From Phoronis australis (Eukaryota > Animalia > Phoronida), in NCBI GenBank assembly GCA_002633005.1, contig NMRA01000127.1, positions 186,001 through 250,000 on the forward strand: a DNA stretch of 64,000 nt, given 5' to 3'. The translations under genes were made by a program, and so were the position numbers. Positions within the stretch are counted from its first letter, which is position 1. Each line of letters starts with the position of its first letter. Of the stretch, positions 1-10,553 are shown one piece after another. A model generated the notes under the pieces. It saw only the letters and a program-made list of their open reading frames with translations, was not told the origin of the DNA and searched no databases.

Positions 1-183
1 ACTTTTATGTAAAAGAGTATGGTATTAATTCATCGTTACCCTAATGACACAAGGCACAGATTTTATCATTTGTTTCTTTCGCTATCAAATATCGTTTGCG
101 TACTATTTGCAATTATTACTTTTTCTATTTGTTAACAGTTGTTTTTAAGTGTATCAATTGTGGTGTTTTCTTTAAAACCGCAA

Positions 184-189
184 TTTATT
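184..189 (-). terminator. Candidate poly(A) signal AATAAA for GPCR paralog 1 (homologs at 17693-17698 and 43887-43892)
   Basis: AATAAA on the minus strand at the homologous position downstream of all three paralogs. The background is AT-rich, so this is weak. Confidence 0.3.
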
Positions 190-744
190 TACAAATTGTT
201 CCCTTCCTGGTTATTCGCAGTTCTCCAGCATGCCACTAGGTGGCGTGTGATACAAATTTAAATATTCAGGGTTTTAATGAGACATAAAATCTTTAATCCT
301 GGCGCTGATTCAGGGAAGGATCTAGGGGCTCTCACGTTGGACCCTTTGAACGCAATCATGCATATGTGGGTGTAAACAATCGACAGCGATACTAGACAAC
401 ATGCAATTTACTTAACACAACCTGAAAATATAAAATGTAAAGGATTTTGTAGCTAGCTTTATCTTTTTAGTATAATAAAATGATAATTTCCACGAGCAAC
501 CTATTGCAAACTAATTTCCTTAGATAAAAGTAAAACTAGTGTTTAATACTCAGATAGCAGTTAAACAAAAAGTGTTCTGCAGAGTCGATAAGTGACGGTT
601 CCAATCTTGAAAAGTTTTGAAGAGGGTTCAGCGTCAAATCAGGCAAGATCACTTTACCGATACAACGTCGAGTTCGAAATTATTTGAAGCAGTATTTGTA
701 CTACCTTCAGATGCTGAAATCATTGTGGTGTTAGAGACTCTAGC

Positions 745-1962
745 CTAGGACGCTGCTGTAGATGTCCTTCGGCAACATGGCCACATGTTCACAAAATCTC
801 TTCGAAACCTCTTTCCACTTGCACAGTATAGAAGAAAATTTATGCTGTGGTTTATATCAAGACAGAAACATGCAATTTTGTAGAACAGGCGGTACGTGGC
901 CAGATCTCCCGACGTAAAACAAAAATATTCGGTTATCATGAATGCTGCAAACGGGAGCATGAGGATCGTGAAAGAAACCGATACTGTTAACGACATTCTA
1001 GTAATCTGGTTCTGTTGCTTCCTTGCCTCGACGTCCATTTTGCTGTTATTCGTCATTTGCGCTCTTTTACGAGCCGCAGCTGATGTCAGCGATATTATGA
1101 TTCCGTTAAGAATGCAAAGCATTATCACGGGAATGACAGAGTACAAAGCAGTCACCAACCACATGAAAGCTTCCATGATCACTTTATCCGGTGGCTGACA
1201 ATAACATCTCGAACCAGTTCTTACGATGTATGTATGGTAGAATAAGAAGGTGTGGGAATTGATGATAATTGAGAACATTGAAAGAGAAATCACACAAGTG
1301 ACCGCGTTTTTGACATTACAAATGGATGAAGCTTTAAGTGGAAAAGCCACAACGATGCAGCGTTCGCACGTCATGGCCAAAACCGTCCACACCGACATGG
1401 AAGCAGCAAAGAAAACGATGAAGTAGATAATTTGACAATCATTTTCCGTTCTGAACAAATTTAGGCCACCTTCGTGCATCTTCACACGGAATACGTTCGA
1501 TATCATGAATGTTGTATCAAAGATTGATAACATAGCCATGTAGAAACACGACGAGTTTTTACGAATTCTTTTTCGTATAACCAAGAAAGACAAAAGATTT
1601 CCTACAAACGCTAAGGCTGGGAGAAAATAGTATGCGAAGATCGGCACCTTGAACGTGTCCAAGATATAGAAGATATGGTAAAAAGGGGCATTTATTGTTT
1701 CGTTCGTGCAGTTTAGAGCGGTGCCGTTAAAGTAATCGAATGACCACCGGTTCATGGTGAAATTCACATCAGACCAAATGAAGTTATTATACTCTGAACA
1801 ATTGAAGACGGTCACTTGCTGAAAATGCCGAGTCGGCGAGGTATGTTGAGAAAACTCTGTTGTTTGAATCCAATTGTTATTTGACGTGGCAAAGGTCGCA
1901 CCTGTGTTGCTTTCCGCTATAGTTGACCATGGTGTAACGCTGCGGTGGTTTTGGGTTGCCAT
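745..1962 (-). CDS. Class A 7TM GPCR, FMRFamide-receptor-like/Srw-like (paralog 1; C-terminally truncated, possibly incipient pseudogene)
   Basis: 405-aa ORF with seven hydrophobic segments, TM1 GN, TM2 LSIFD, TM3 TCERC, TM7 HSINFLLYCASGKRFR, WPCC, and a Ser/Thr-rich N-terminus with several NxS/T sequons. It stops 31 codons earlier than its paralogs. Confidence 0.88.
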   Translation of the reverse strand: MATQNHRSVTPWSTIAESNTGATFATSNNNWIQTTEFSQHTSPTRHFQQVTVFNCSEYNNFIWSDVNFTMNRWSFDYFNGTALNCTNETINAPFYHIFYILDTFKVPIFAYYFLPALAFVGNLLSFLVIRKRIRKNSSCFYMAMLSIFDTTFMISNVFRVKMHEGGLNLFRTENDCQIIYFIVFFAASMSVWTVLAMTCERCIVVAFPLKASSICNVKNAVTCVISLSMFSIIINSHTFLFYHTYIVRTGSRCYCQPPDKVIMEAFMWLVTALYSVIPVIMLCILNGIIISLTSAAARKRAQMTNNSKMDVEARKQQNQITRMSLTVSVSFTILMLPFAAFMITEYFCFTSGDLATYRLFYKIACFCLDINHSINFLLYCASGKRFRRDFVNMWPCCRRTSTAAS

Positions 1963-3789
1963 TTCTTGAGTGGTTGTTGCGTTTTCGCCATTGTTGTCTT
2001 CCCTTAGCTAAAACAACAGAATAAAAATCAAAAACTTTTGTTGAGGTTTCAAGGGTATATGGTAATGTAGCAAAAGACGGTGAAATCAGTAGACAGTGTG
2101 CATTACAAGTCGTCTAGTCGGAAGTCATCCTATCAGGATCCCGAGTAGCTTTATTCCAGTCACAACTTTGGAAAGTCACGTAAATTGACTGGCCCGATAG
2201 GTGTCGTTAATTTCACATTTAAAAAAGCTTTAGAGATTACATGAAACACCTCTTTTCTCTTATTTTGCTTTTATTTTTACATGAGCAGTATAATACAAAG
2301 ACAAGTGCACAGACTTTAAGACATGGTATAGATTAGTACAGAACTGCACATTTACTAATAAATAACACCTGCATAGTATACATAGTCTTGCTGCAACGCC
2401 AAGAAAACTATTTTTCACCGTTTTTGAACAATGGATGCGGATGGCGTATTGGTACCATCCACGATTTTCATTTGACTTGAATTCAACAACCTCACGTGAA
2501 TGAAATTGCTCGAGGAACTCATTCCAAGACAAAGCCCCATGGACTGATGGGCGATTAGACCTAAGCATTGTGTAAGGTGACGCGCACCGGTGGAGGGGTA
2601 AAGTAGTGATGACCGAGGGGAGGATGATGACATTGGGGACCAGATAGGGAGGGGGATTTTCTTTCCTCTCTAGGATGGCAAAGGAACCTTTCCCTTTAAC
2701 TGTGCGATGGCCCTGCTAGCAAAAGGGAAGGTCAACCACTGGGGTCTTACATATCGTTTTATACTATATCTCAGGTCGTTTTAAATTAACTTTAATAGTG
2801 ATTACATTTCATCTCTAACCCCAGTATGATTCAAGTCTGTCAAAATCCAACTTTTGATTTTGGCCATAGAATGTACTAAAATCTGTTTGATACGGACGTA
2901 GAAGGTGTATGACCGAGGGGCGAATTCATTTATTTATTGCAGCTAGTTTCAACTCAAACAAACGATAAGAAACAATGACGTTGCAAATAGGCCTCTGAAG
3001 AACATTGATATTTTTCGAATAAACTCTTAGAGGTTTTTGAGTCACGAATGTCTTCGATGTTCTTGTTTGTAACGGAGGTCGTTATCTATCACGGAAGTAG
3101 AATCCTATCACTTTAACACATATTCCTGGACTATTTTCAGTTTAGACTGCTAAACTGGGCGAAATGCAGCCGATTTCATAAAGGTAGTTTAAAGTTAAAC
3201 CTGGTTTAAACTGGAGTTGGACATGGTTTAAAGATAATATGCATTTCATTAAGGTGGTTTAACTTTTAGAGCAGCGGTCTAGTAAAACTTGGTTTAACCC
3301 ATGTTAAGACCTGGTCTGAGTCAGTTTTCATTTCACCAACGAGGTATATATTACTTAGGCTTGTATTAAGATCTTAAACCAGGTTTAAATTGGTCAGACT
3401 CAGGTTTAATACTATTAAATATGGCAGACTTGTACGATATAAGTGCAACTGGATGATGTTGTGGTTTGCAATTATGACGCAGTTTTAGAGGTGGAACGGA
3501 CTATTTTCAATATTCAGTTTCAGAACGACACAGCGTCATAGTCGCAAACGCTACGCGTATGACAAAAAGGCATAATGCTTACAGGCAACGTCAGCCCTGG
3601 AGTTCTGCGCCTTCTGCTGTCACGGGGATGGTCTGGGGAGGGGATTAATGCACCAGCATATCCCCAATGATCCTGTCCGTGACAGGTATTATTACAGGTA
3701 TTATTACAAAAAGGCATCTAATGATTGTTCTGACCGAGTTTCATCTTTTCTGGTCCCCTATTCAAGGTTTCCGGGCAGGGGTCCTGCAC

Positions 3790-3935
3790 CTGTGGCGGAT
3801 TTAGTGGGGGCTACGCCCCCCAAAATTAGCCCAGATTGCATTTGGCATATCGGGAGTGCTAATGTCTGACGGGTAAAGTCCAGGTAAATACCCTGCCCTG
3901 GGCCCCCAAAACACAAAATCCTGGATCCGTCCCTG
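3790..3935. mobile_element. MITE, GGCGGAT/ATCCG type, near-5-bp TSD
   Basis: CTGTGGCGGATT...GGATCCGTCCCTG flanked by TGCAC/TGCCC. Confidence 0.5.
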
Positions 3936-4437
3936 TGCCCCCTTTTGGCGGCAAAAAGTAAAATGACACGGAAATAAATGTATGCATTTACTTTTACTAT
4001 GTTGTGGTTAATCGTAAGCAAGTACTTTAATGTGTGTACGTGTCTTGTACACAGACAATACAAAATGAAAAATATCTCTTCATGATGTCTTAGATCTGCC
4101 ACTGGGTCCATCACCGTTTTTCTGGGCACAATTTTTTTCTCTAATGAAATTTTCTCTCTGGCCTTTATTCTGGATCAATATCTCTCCAAGCTTACTGCTT
4201 ACGTTGACTTGATTTAGCACAAATTTTCTTATTTTCGGCTATTACATTGGCTTTTTCTCGTGAGAAAAGCGTTTAGCCCTTTTTCGCAAATGTTTGCATT
4301 GATTCTATTGCTGTGTGCCATTATGTACGTACGTGATAAAGGTTTCATTGACGCACTTCAATAGTTTCTTTGATGGTTTAATCCGGATCAACACAGTAGG
4401 TTGGCTTGGATACTTTGAACCTGGTTTTACTAAACCA

Positions 4438-4590
4438 GCCTCCCGTTCAGTAACGCTAGGACCTCGCTAAAAAGCAAGACTTAGCGAGATTACGTGAGAT
4501 ATTGCCGTGCATTTTAAATAAGAACACGTGACTTCGACTACGTTTTAGCTAGGTCCTAGCATAGGTCCTAGCGTCTACTGAACGCACGCC
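4438..4590. mobile_element. Small MITE nested in the Harbinger derivative
   Basis: Inverted repeats CGTTCAGTAACGCTAGGACCT / AGGTCCTAGCGTCTACTGAACG. Confidence 0.6.
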
Positions 4591-4904
4591 CGCTATATGG
4601 TCTAACAAAACCAGGCTTTCAGACTTTTAAACCATGTTGGTGAAACGCAAGTTAGGTCTAAAATTAGACCAGGTTTAGGAAGACCAGGTTTAAGTTTTAA
4701 TCGGCTGTTGGGGTCTGTCTCATGAACATCCCCAAATGTAATATCTGAGAGTATACACTTAACTGCTACATACTGATACAATTTCTATCAGTTATTTCAA
4801 GACTGTCATGCGCTCTTAATTAATTGGCTAAACCATTATTGTAAAATGGGAACATAACACCAAATTTCTGTCTTATGTCTTCCGTCTCTTTTCATGAAAC
4901 AGAA

Positions 4905-5134
4905 CAGAGGAGGATCTACAGGGGAGGGGATCAAGGGGTTCAAACCCCCCTCAGGACAGGATCAAACATAAAAATTAAACAAAACGTCGCCAGGAAAACG
5001 AAATCTGGTACTAAAAACGAAAAAAAATCTTTCACTGGAGGAGGGAAACACACCCCCCGACCTTCCCTCCGCTCGGTGCTACGCGCCTCGCATTCCTAAA
5101 CCCCTCAATTACTGAAAACGAAGATATGCCTTTG
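4905..5134. mobile_element. MITE family CAGNGGCGGATCT (copies 22445-22699, 30693-30928)
   Basis: Terminal inverted repeats CAGAGG(C)GGATCT/AGATCTGCCACTG; three dispersed copies; near-5-bp TSDs (CAGAA/CAGAG, CCTAA/CCTAG). Confidence 0.75.
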
Positions 5135-5448
5135 CAGAGCTCAGAGCGCGGTTGCATAAAGGATATACGTTAAATAACAAAAATCTTGCCCAAAACATAA
5201 TTCATAAAAATTTTGAATAACAACAACAGTACGAGAAGTCTATGAAATAAGTGACTTTTGTAAGTACAAAGACGCATTATTTGAAGTATTTTTTTTTTAA
5301 TTAAACCGGAATATAAACAGGAATTCTGGAATGTAGTTCGGATAAAAATTATCATCAATATATTTGAAAATGCATTCCTGAGGACAAATAACAAAAATAA
5401 GTTGTGTGAAGTTGTAAAACAACACCAAGACAGAAGTTAATGACTTAC

Positions 5449-5640
5449 CTGGTTACTTTACGTAGAAACCAAGATAATGGTTTATAGATAGACTATCCCT
5501 CAATTAGACGCCTGACACGGAGTTGGAATCGTCCCGTCTTTAAGTGTCGACAGATCATTCCAAACTTATGTGAAGGGGGCGAAAGCTTGCGTTTAATTAT
5601 ATCGCTGTATTTGTTTTATTTATTGTTGCAGTTTGGGTAA
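5449..5640 (-). other. Putative non-coding 5' exon of GPCR paralog 1 (intron 2008-5448)
   Basis: Block conserved in all three paralogs, ending in CAG|GTAAGT on the minus strand; pairs with the conserved acceptor TGTTGTTTTAG| at 2008. The 5' boundary is approximate. Confidence 0.6.
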
Positions 5641-5776
5641 GATATTGCTTCGACAAATATGTGAAATATCTGTATCGACACCAAACAAAAAACAAACAAA
5701 GCGAAATAATTGAATGCAAGTCCTCCACCCCTTCATGCGGGTTTGGAATTATCTAGTGTCGGGGAAAACTGACATT

Positions 5777-5991
5777 AGATGTCATGAAGATGATTGTAAA
5801 AAGCGTAACGAAAGTACTGAAGCCTAAATCGTATTGCATTTTAAAAATATATTTCGGAGTCCCCATGCGATTGAGACCAGTGGACATTTGAAAACAGACA
5901 ATGTTGAAAGGATCGTGATAATTAAGTCAGGATCTCGAGATCCTGAGATAATTGAAAAAGAAACGTTCCATGTCATCTTTGGGCCACCGTA
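5777..5991. mobile_element. Short DNA-transposon derivative with TACGG-type end (IS3EU-like); copy at about 23395-23611
   Basis: Right end GTCATCTTTGGGCCACCGTA. The same subterminal sequence (CGAGATCCTGAGATAA) recurs at 43040-43113 next to an IS3EU-like ORF relic. Confidence 0.4.
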
Positions 5992-6241
5992 GGTAAGCGA
6001 CTTCGTCAATTTTACAAACTATACACAACTGTTGCAAAATACCAAGTCCAAAAGCTACTTAACTTTTCTGGCATGAATCTTTCTATCCAGATTTTCTGAT
6101 CAAAACGCAGTGCCACCTGGTGTTGGGTTCCATGATTACACGAGCTCTTCATAGTGCAGTTGCCTGGCTACAGATTATGAGTTACATGCGTTCCCTGTGA
6201 TTTGTTTTTAGCAATGTCACCTGATATGGATAATTGTTCTG

Positions 6242-6383
6242 CATGGGTGGCACACCATAGGGGACTGGGGGGGCTATAGCCCCCACTTTTTTCAGTGCTG
6301 CGCGGCTCATGGTCTATGGGCGATGCACCACAGGGGGCTGGGGGTCATAGCCCCCCACTTTTTTCAGTGCTGCGCCACTCATG
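6242..6383. mobile_element. Dimeric CATGGG MITE with 5-bp TSD (copies 20612-20761, 23862-24003, 28762-28912)
   Basis: TIR CATGGGYGGC/GCCRCYCATG; exact TSDs TTCTG, TATAT and GATGG at three independent sites. Confidence 0.85.
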
Positions 6384-6859
6384 TTCTGTTTACTTTTAAC
6401 TTAACTGCTTGACGTAAATGTACCACCATGACAAAGTTTAGTTATGTAACGTGTATACAGTATAATGGGTCATTAGTGTTGACGTCACTTTGAGCTGAGG
6501 TTTGTGAACTTGCCTTTATTGTTAACCATTGTAATGTAATAAACATTTGCAAATTTGAGGGCGGAGCTGTTCAACTACCTGGTGGCATCATGGGTTCATG
6601 GATTTGAGCCCAATGATAACTGTTGTGTTGTGTGCAAATGTGCCGGATCATGCTGTTTGAATGACAGATGTCAGCAGTCTTCAGTCTGTTTTGTAAACTA
6701 TTGCAATGACGTATGCAGATTCATGAGTTTATGCCATGGGGTTTTTTAATGGACAACATATTGGATGTGTCTTACCTATTACTTTATTTGGATTAATTAG
6801 TAAGGAACAGGTCAATACATATATTAAGAAAATGTTGCAATTTTTCTAGTGTAAAAGGT

Positions 6860-9345
6860 CTTACTATAAAAACATTGTCTCACTTAACGGTAGCGGTCAT
6901 GCAGACAAAATGAAAACAAAAGACAATTTCCGTATCATTTGTTTACAAGACATACATGTCAAAACCAAGTTTTGAAAATTCTTTCAGAAACAAATGGGGA
7001 TTTGATTTCAAATACTAGATGAGTTGCTATATAATAATTTTCAGTATATTGTCCATTGTCAGGTTATTGCTCAAGCCGATAATTTTCTAGTTTTAGACAT
7101 TACTATTAACAATTATTTCAAATTGACACTGGTTAACATATACGGTCCAAACCATGACAAATCTATTTTTTTCAAACACAATGAAACTGATTTTGAAAAC
7201 GATACTTTTCTAATGTATAGGGACTGGAAAAGGATAATCGATAGCTCAAAAGTCTCGTTTAACTATTGAAATGTTGACAATCGAAATTCACGCAAAATTG
7301 TTTTAGACGTTATAAAAGAAAGCGGATGATATTTGGCGAGCATTTCACCAAGACGAAAACAGTTTCATATGGTTTAAAAACACCCTGGTAGATTGAATTT
7401 TTCCTTGCTACGGTTGAGCTTTCTCCAGTTTTCAGACTCTTCTATTTTGAAAGTCTATAGATCAGAGGTCTTTTCCAAGAAACTGGCTTAAGTTCATGTT
7501 TGACTTACACTGTAAGCTAAAGATTTGTCTCCCAAATTTTGAAACTTCCATATTCGTTAGGTTAGCCAAAATTAAGACAAAACTTATATCAAACACTTAA
7601 GTCAAACTTAAGATCTCTTTCTTGAATTAGTTTTGAGAGAAATTTAACTTCTGTTTTAAAATTTACTAAACTTCAAGATTTGTCTTAGTCAATTTTGTTG
7701 GCACGGGCCCCAGATCACGCCGCGGTGTTAGTTAAATTTTATATTTCTGAAGAAAAAAGAGGGAAGGTTACTCGAAATTTCATTGTTGCCTAATCCAGAT
7801 TTTTTCACAACGATGAAAGGCGAATATTGAAAATATTTACTTTCTTAAACTTCTTTAAAAGACTGGGGGTAAATACACGGGTTTTCATGTGGGCCCAGTC
7901 GGAAATAATTACATGAAGTAAAATACATATGCAGTCAGTCCGTACTCAAAAGAGTTCACTTCTCGTTGCCCGAATGAACATCTTCAATTGATCATAGATG
8001 ATCAATTATTTTGGGAAAGAATTTTACTACAACTGCGAGGTTGAATAATACAGTTTTCGTCTGCAATTAAACACCATGATATTCAGAGAGAGAAAACTCT
8101 TCGGGCAAACATCGCGGAAGTTGACGGAAATTGAAAAAGGAACCAAGTAATGCTGAACAATATCTTCCTAGGTTAGAAACATCAAAAATGAGAATTTGAC
8201 AAACTGTCTCCGGCAGAAAACTTCAGCATAGAAGGTGAAATTACCTATCATGAACTAATTATGTTTGAAGAAAACTAAAACTAATAAAAGCCCAGGCCTG
8301 GACGGATTTTCAGCAGAGTTCATTAATGTTTTTGAAAAGACATAGGACATTTCCTTTAACGGAGTATAAATAATGCATATGAAAAAAATAATCTGTCGGT
8401 TACACAATTAATTACAGGGGGTTATTACACCTGTACTTGCATTCCAAAAAGTGCTTATCCAAGATGGTATCTGAAAAATTTGGCGATCAATATCTTTATT
8501 GAATTGTTCTTATAAATTAATATCATCGTGCATAGCAGAGGGAATTTAAAAGGTGCTAAACACCTTAATTAACTGTGGCAAAAAGGTTTCATACCAAGTC
8601 TCTTTCTGTGTGAACATACTAGACTAATATATGATATAATGTATGAAACACAAAAAAGTTCCCTGGCATGATCGTCCAAATTGATCTCGAAAAAGCCTTC
8701 GATACACTCTCTTGGAAATTCATTAGAAGAGTAATAAACGCTTTTAACTTTGGATCATCAATTAAAAGGTGGGTTTTCGCTATTTCAAAACAATTCAAAT
8801 TCATGCTTTATTTAAAATGGCTCTTTATCAAAACTTTTCATACTATGTAGAGGTTGTTACCAGGGCCATCCCATATAACCTTATATTTTTACTTTTTGTG
8901 TCGAAATTTTAGCTCAAGCAACCACAAAAAACAAAATGTGGAAGGTATTAAAATATGGCACGAAGCTCTTAAGATTTCACAGTATGCGGATGACACAACA
9001 TTATTTTTGAATGGTTCCCAAAGCTCTTTGAAAAGTGCTCTGATAACTTTGCAATAGCTTTACGAACTGTTCAGTTTGAAAATTAATTTTCATAAAACAA
9101 AAGTTATGTGGAAAGAATCAATGAGAGATTCTGATAGACGGTTTTGTAAAGAAAACAATTTAGACTGGATAACTGAATGCAAGGCCCTAGGAATTCAATT
9201 GAATAATGGTCTTCAAGATATCTCATCAATTCATCTGATATAAAAAATTTCAGAAATAAAAAATTTGCTCAGAGCTTGGAGTTGCAAGGTCTTAACACCA
9301 TTAGGGAAAATTACAGTAATTTAAAAATTAACTCTACCAAAAATT
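6860..9345 (+). mobile_element. Decayed Tx1/L1-clade non-LTR retrotransposon ORF2 (APE endonuclease + RT)
   Basis: Fragments IICLQD, LVNIYGPN, YRS-DH, KSPGLDGFSAEF, ISLLNCSYK, IDLEKAFD, SQYADDTT, LTPLGKITV, with many stops and frameshifts. Confidence 0.9.
7466..7710. mobile_element. PIF/Harbinger (Tourist-like) MITE inserted in the LINE endonuclease (copy 25021-25248)
   Basis: TSD CAG; TIR consensus GGGCCYRTTCCAA...; splits the codons for YRS|DHAAV. Confidence 0.8.
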
Positions 9346-9556
9346 ACGCATATGTTACTCTCATTGCCCAATCCAGATGACAATATGATAAATGAACTAG
9401 AAGATTACTGTCAATTATAACATGGAAATCACTGTCGTTCAAATAATCATACAGTTTCTCAGTCACACTCCATTGCAGAGTAAGAAGCTCGAGCTTGTAC
9501 GGGGAATAGTTCTGTTCAGATTTGTTGATACCCGTGGAGGCATACCTGTGTGACAA
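9344..9556 (-). mobile_element. Gypsy LTR-retrotransposon pol fragment (RNase H)
   Basis: YASTGINKSEQNYSPYKLELLTLQWSVTEKLYDYL...FHVIIDSNLL matches the Ty3/Gypsy RNase H YASR..SE.NY...LE.LAL.WAV..F..YL...F.V.TD pattern. Confidence 0.8.
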
Positions 9557-10553
9557 CTCGGATTTCTAGTCTCTAATTATGAAAACCATTGGATTTTTAA
9601 CAGGAGTTAGCTGTAGACTTAGTCTCGAAGCTGCCGACATTCCAGCCACGGTTACTGCCGGTCCTTCGAAGCAATTATAGCACATATACACGAATTTTTA
9701 AGAATGGCAAAGGTGCGTTTTGTGTTGACGGAAATGTCCATGGTGTCGAGGAATTTGAGGCATTTAATGATGAACAACTGTTGAGGCTTAATTTGGAAAA
9801 ACACCTAGCAAAACTAACTTCCAAGTATGCATACTGTGGCGGAATTAAGAAATACGATTGCTAATTGTAGCAGAGCCACAAAGTGTGCTAAAATGGTAGA
9901 AAATTAGGCATAACATTTCCGTAGCAGACAAAAGGATGTTTGGCGCAGGAGAAAGCCGATATCTTCAATATTCAGAAAAATTTCGGCAGGCAAGAGACTT
10001 GCCAAGAAAACGGCACAGTTGAGTCCGGGCATTCTAAAGGAAAGAACTGCAACCAATTCCAATTATTCGGTGCAACTTCTCTCACCCGACGGCGTTGTTT
10101 CATGATACCGCAACCTCAAACAACGTCAAAGAAACGAAACGCGGATGGTGAGATCATTAATATTTATTCTAGGATCTACCTCAAAATGAATTTCCCACGG
10201 TCATTCTTTATGCCGATAGCAATGTTTTCGTCAACTGAAGAAGAACAGGAATCATAGACAACCCGCGAGCTCCGTCTAGGGTTCTGACACTTCAAACTTT
10301 TGTCAACACGATAGGTAACCGCAGACAGTTCGATGTTGACCTCATTCTAATCTTCTCTGCAATCCACTGTCAGGGAACGAAAACAATTCAAAGTCCGCTC
10401 CTCGAAATAGGGCTTCCTTAGCTGGAATTCAGAACTGCGGTCATGAGAGTGTTTTAACCTCCTGATTGAGAAGCGATCAAGTTCGCTGTGATATCTTCAT
10501 TAGCGCGTGCTCTCAGCGGGAGGTCACCGCTTTATTCACTCAAGGGCTCGACC

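Larger units (their letters stand above)
3167..4707. mobile_element. PIF/Harbinger non-autonomous derivative in the paralog 1 intron, with a decayed Myb/SANT ORF and nested MITEs
   Basis: Termini CAGCCGATT.../...AATCGGCTG; many AAACCAGG/CCTGGTTT subterminal repeats; minus-strand remnant RKRAKRFS...K*AWRDI at about 4170-4320. Confidence 0.65.
1..8185. repeat. Segmental duplication block A (matches 17590-25735)
   Basis: Colinear similarity from acttttatgtaaa (1 vs 17590) through the GPCR, intron, exon 1, MITEs and the Tx1 endonuclease to ctaggttagaaacat (about 8180 vs 25730). Confidence 0.9.

Noticed and set aside
896-1198. Plus-strand ORFs antisense to the GPCRs (also 18218-18502, 18572-18757, 44290-44829)
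   Set aside because: Shadow ORFs of the hydrophobic GPCR coding strand; starts and stops are not conserved among paralogs.
2008-5448. Near-equal intron lengths in paralogs 1 and 2 (3441 vs 3404 bp) suggesting a length constraint
   Set aside because: Results from an independent deletion plus a Kolobok-like insertion; the paralog 3 intron is 2132 bp, so coincidence is enough.
6446-6600. Possible LTR plus primer-binding site (TGTAAC...AATAAA...TGGTGGCA); similar hints at 54957-55870 and 59411 onward
   Set aside because: No partner LTR or TSD could be confirmed.
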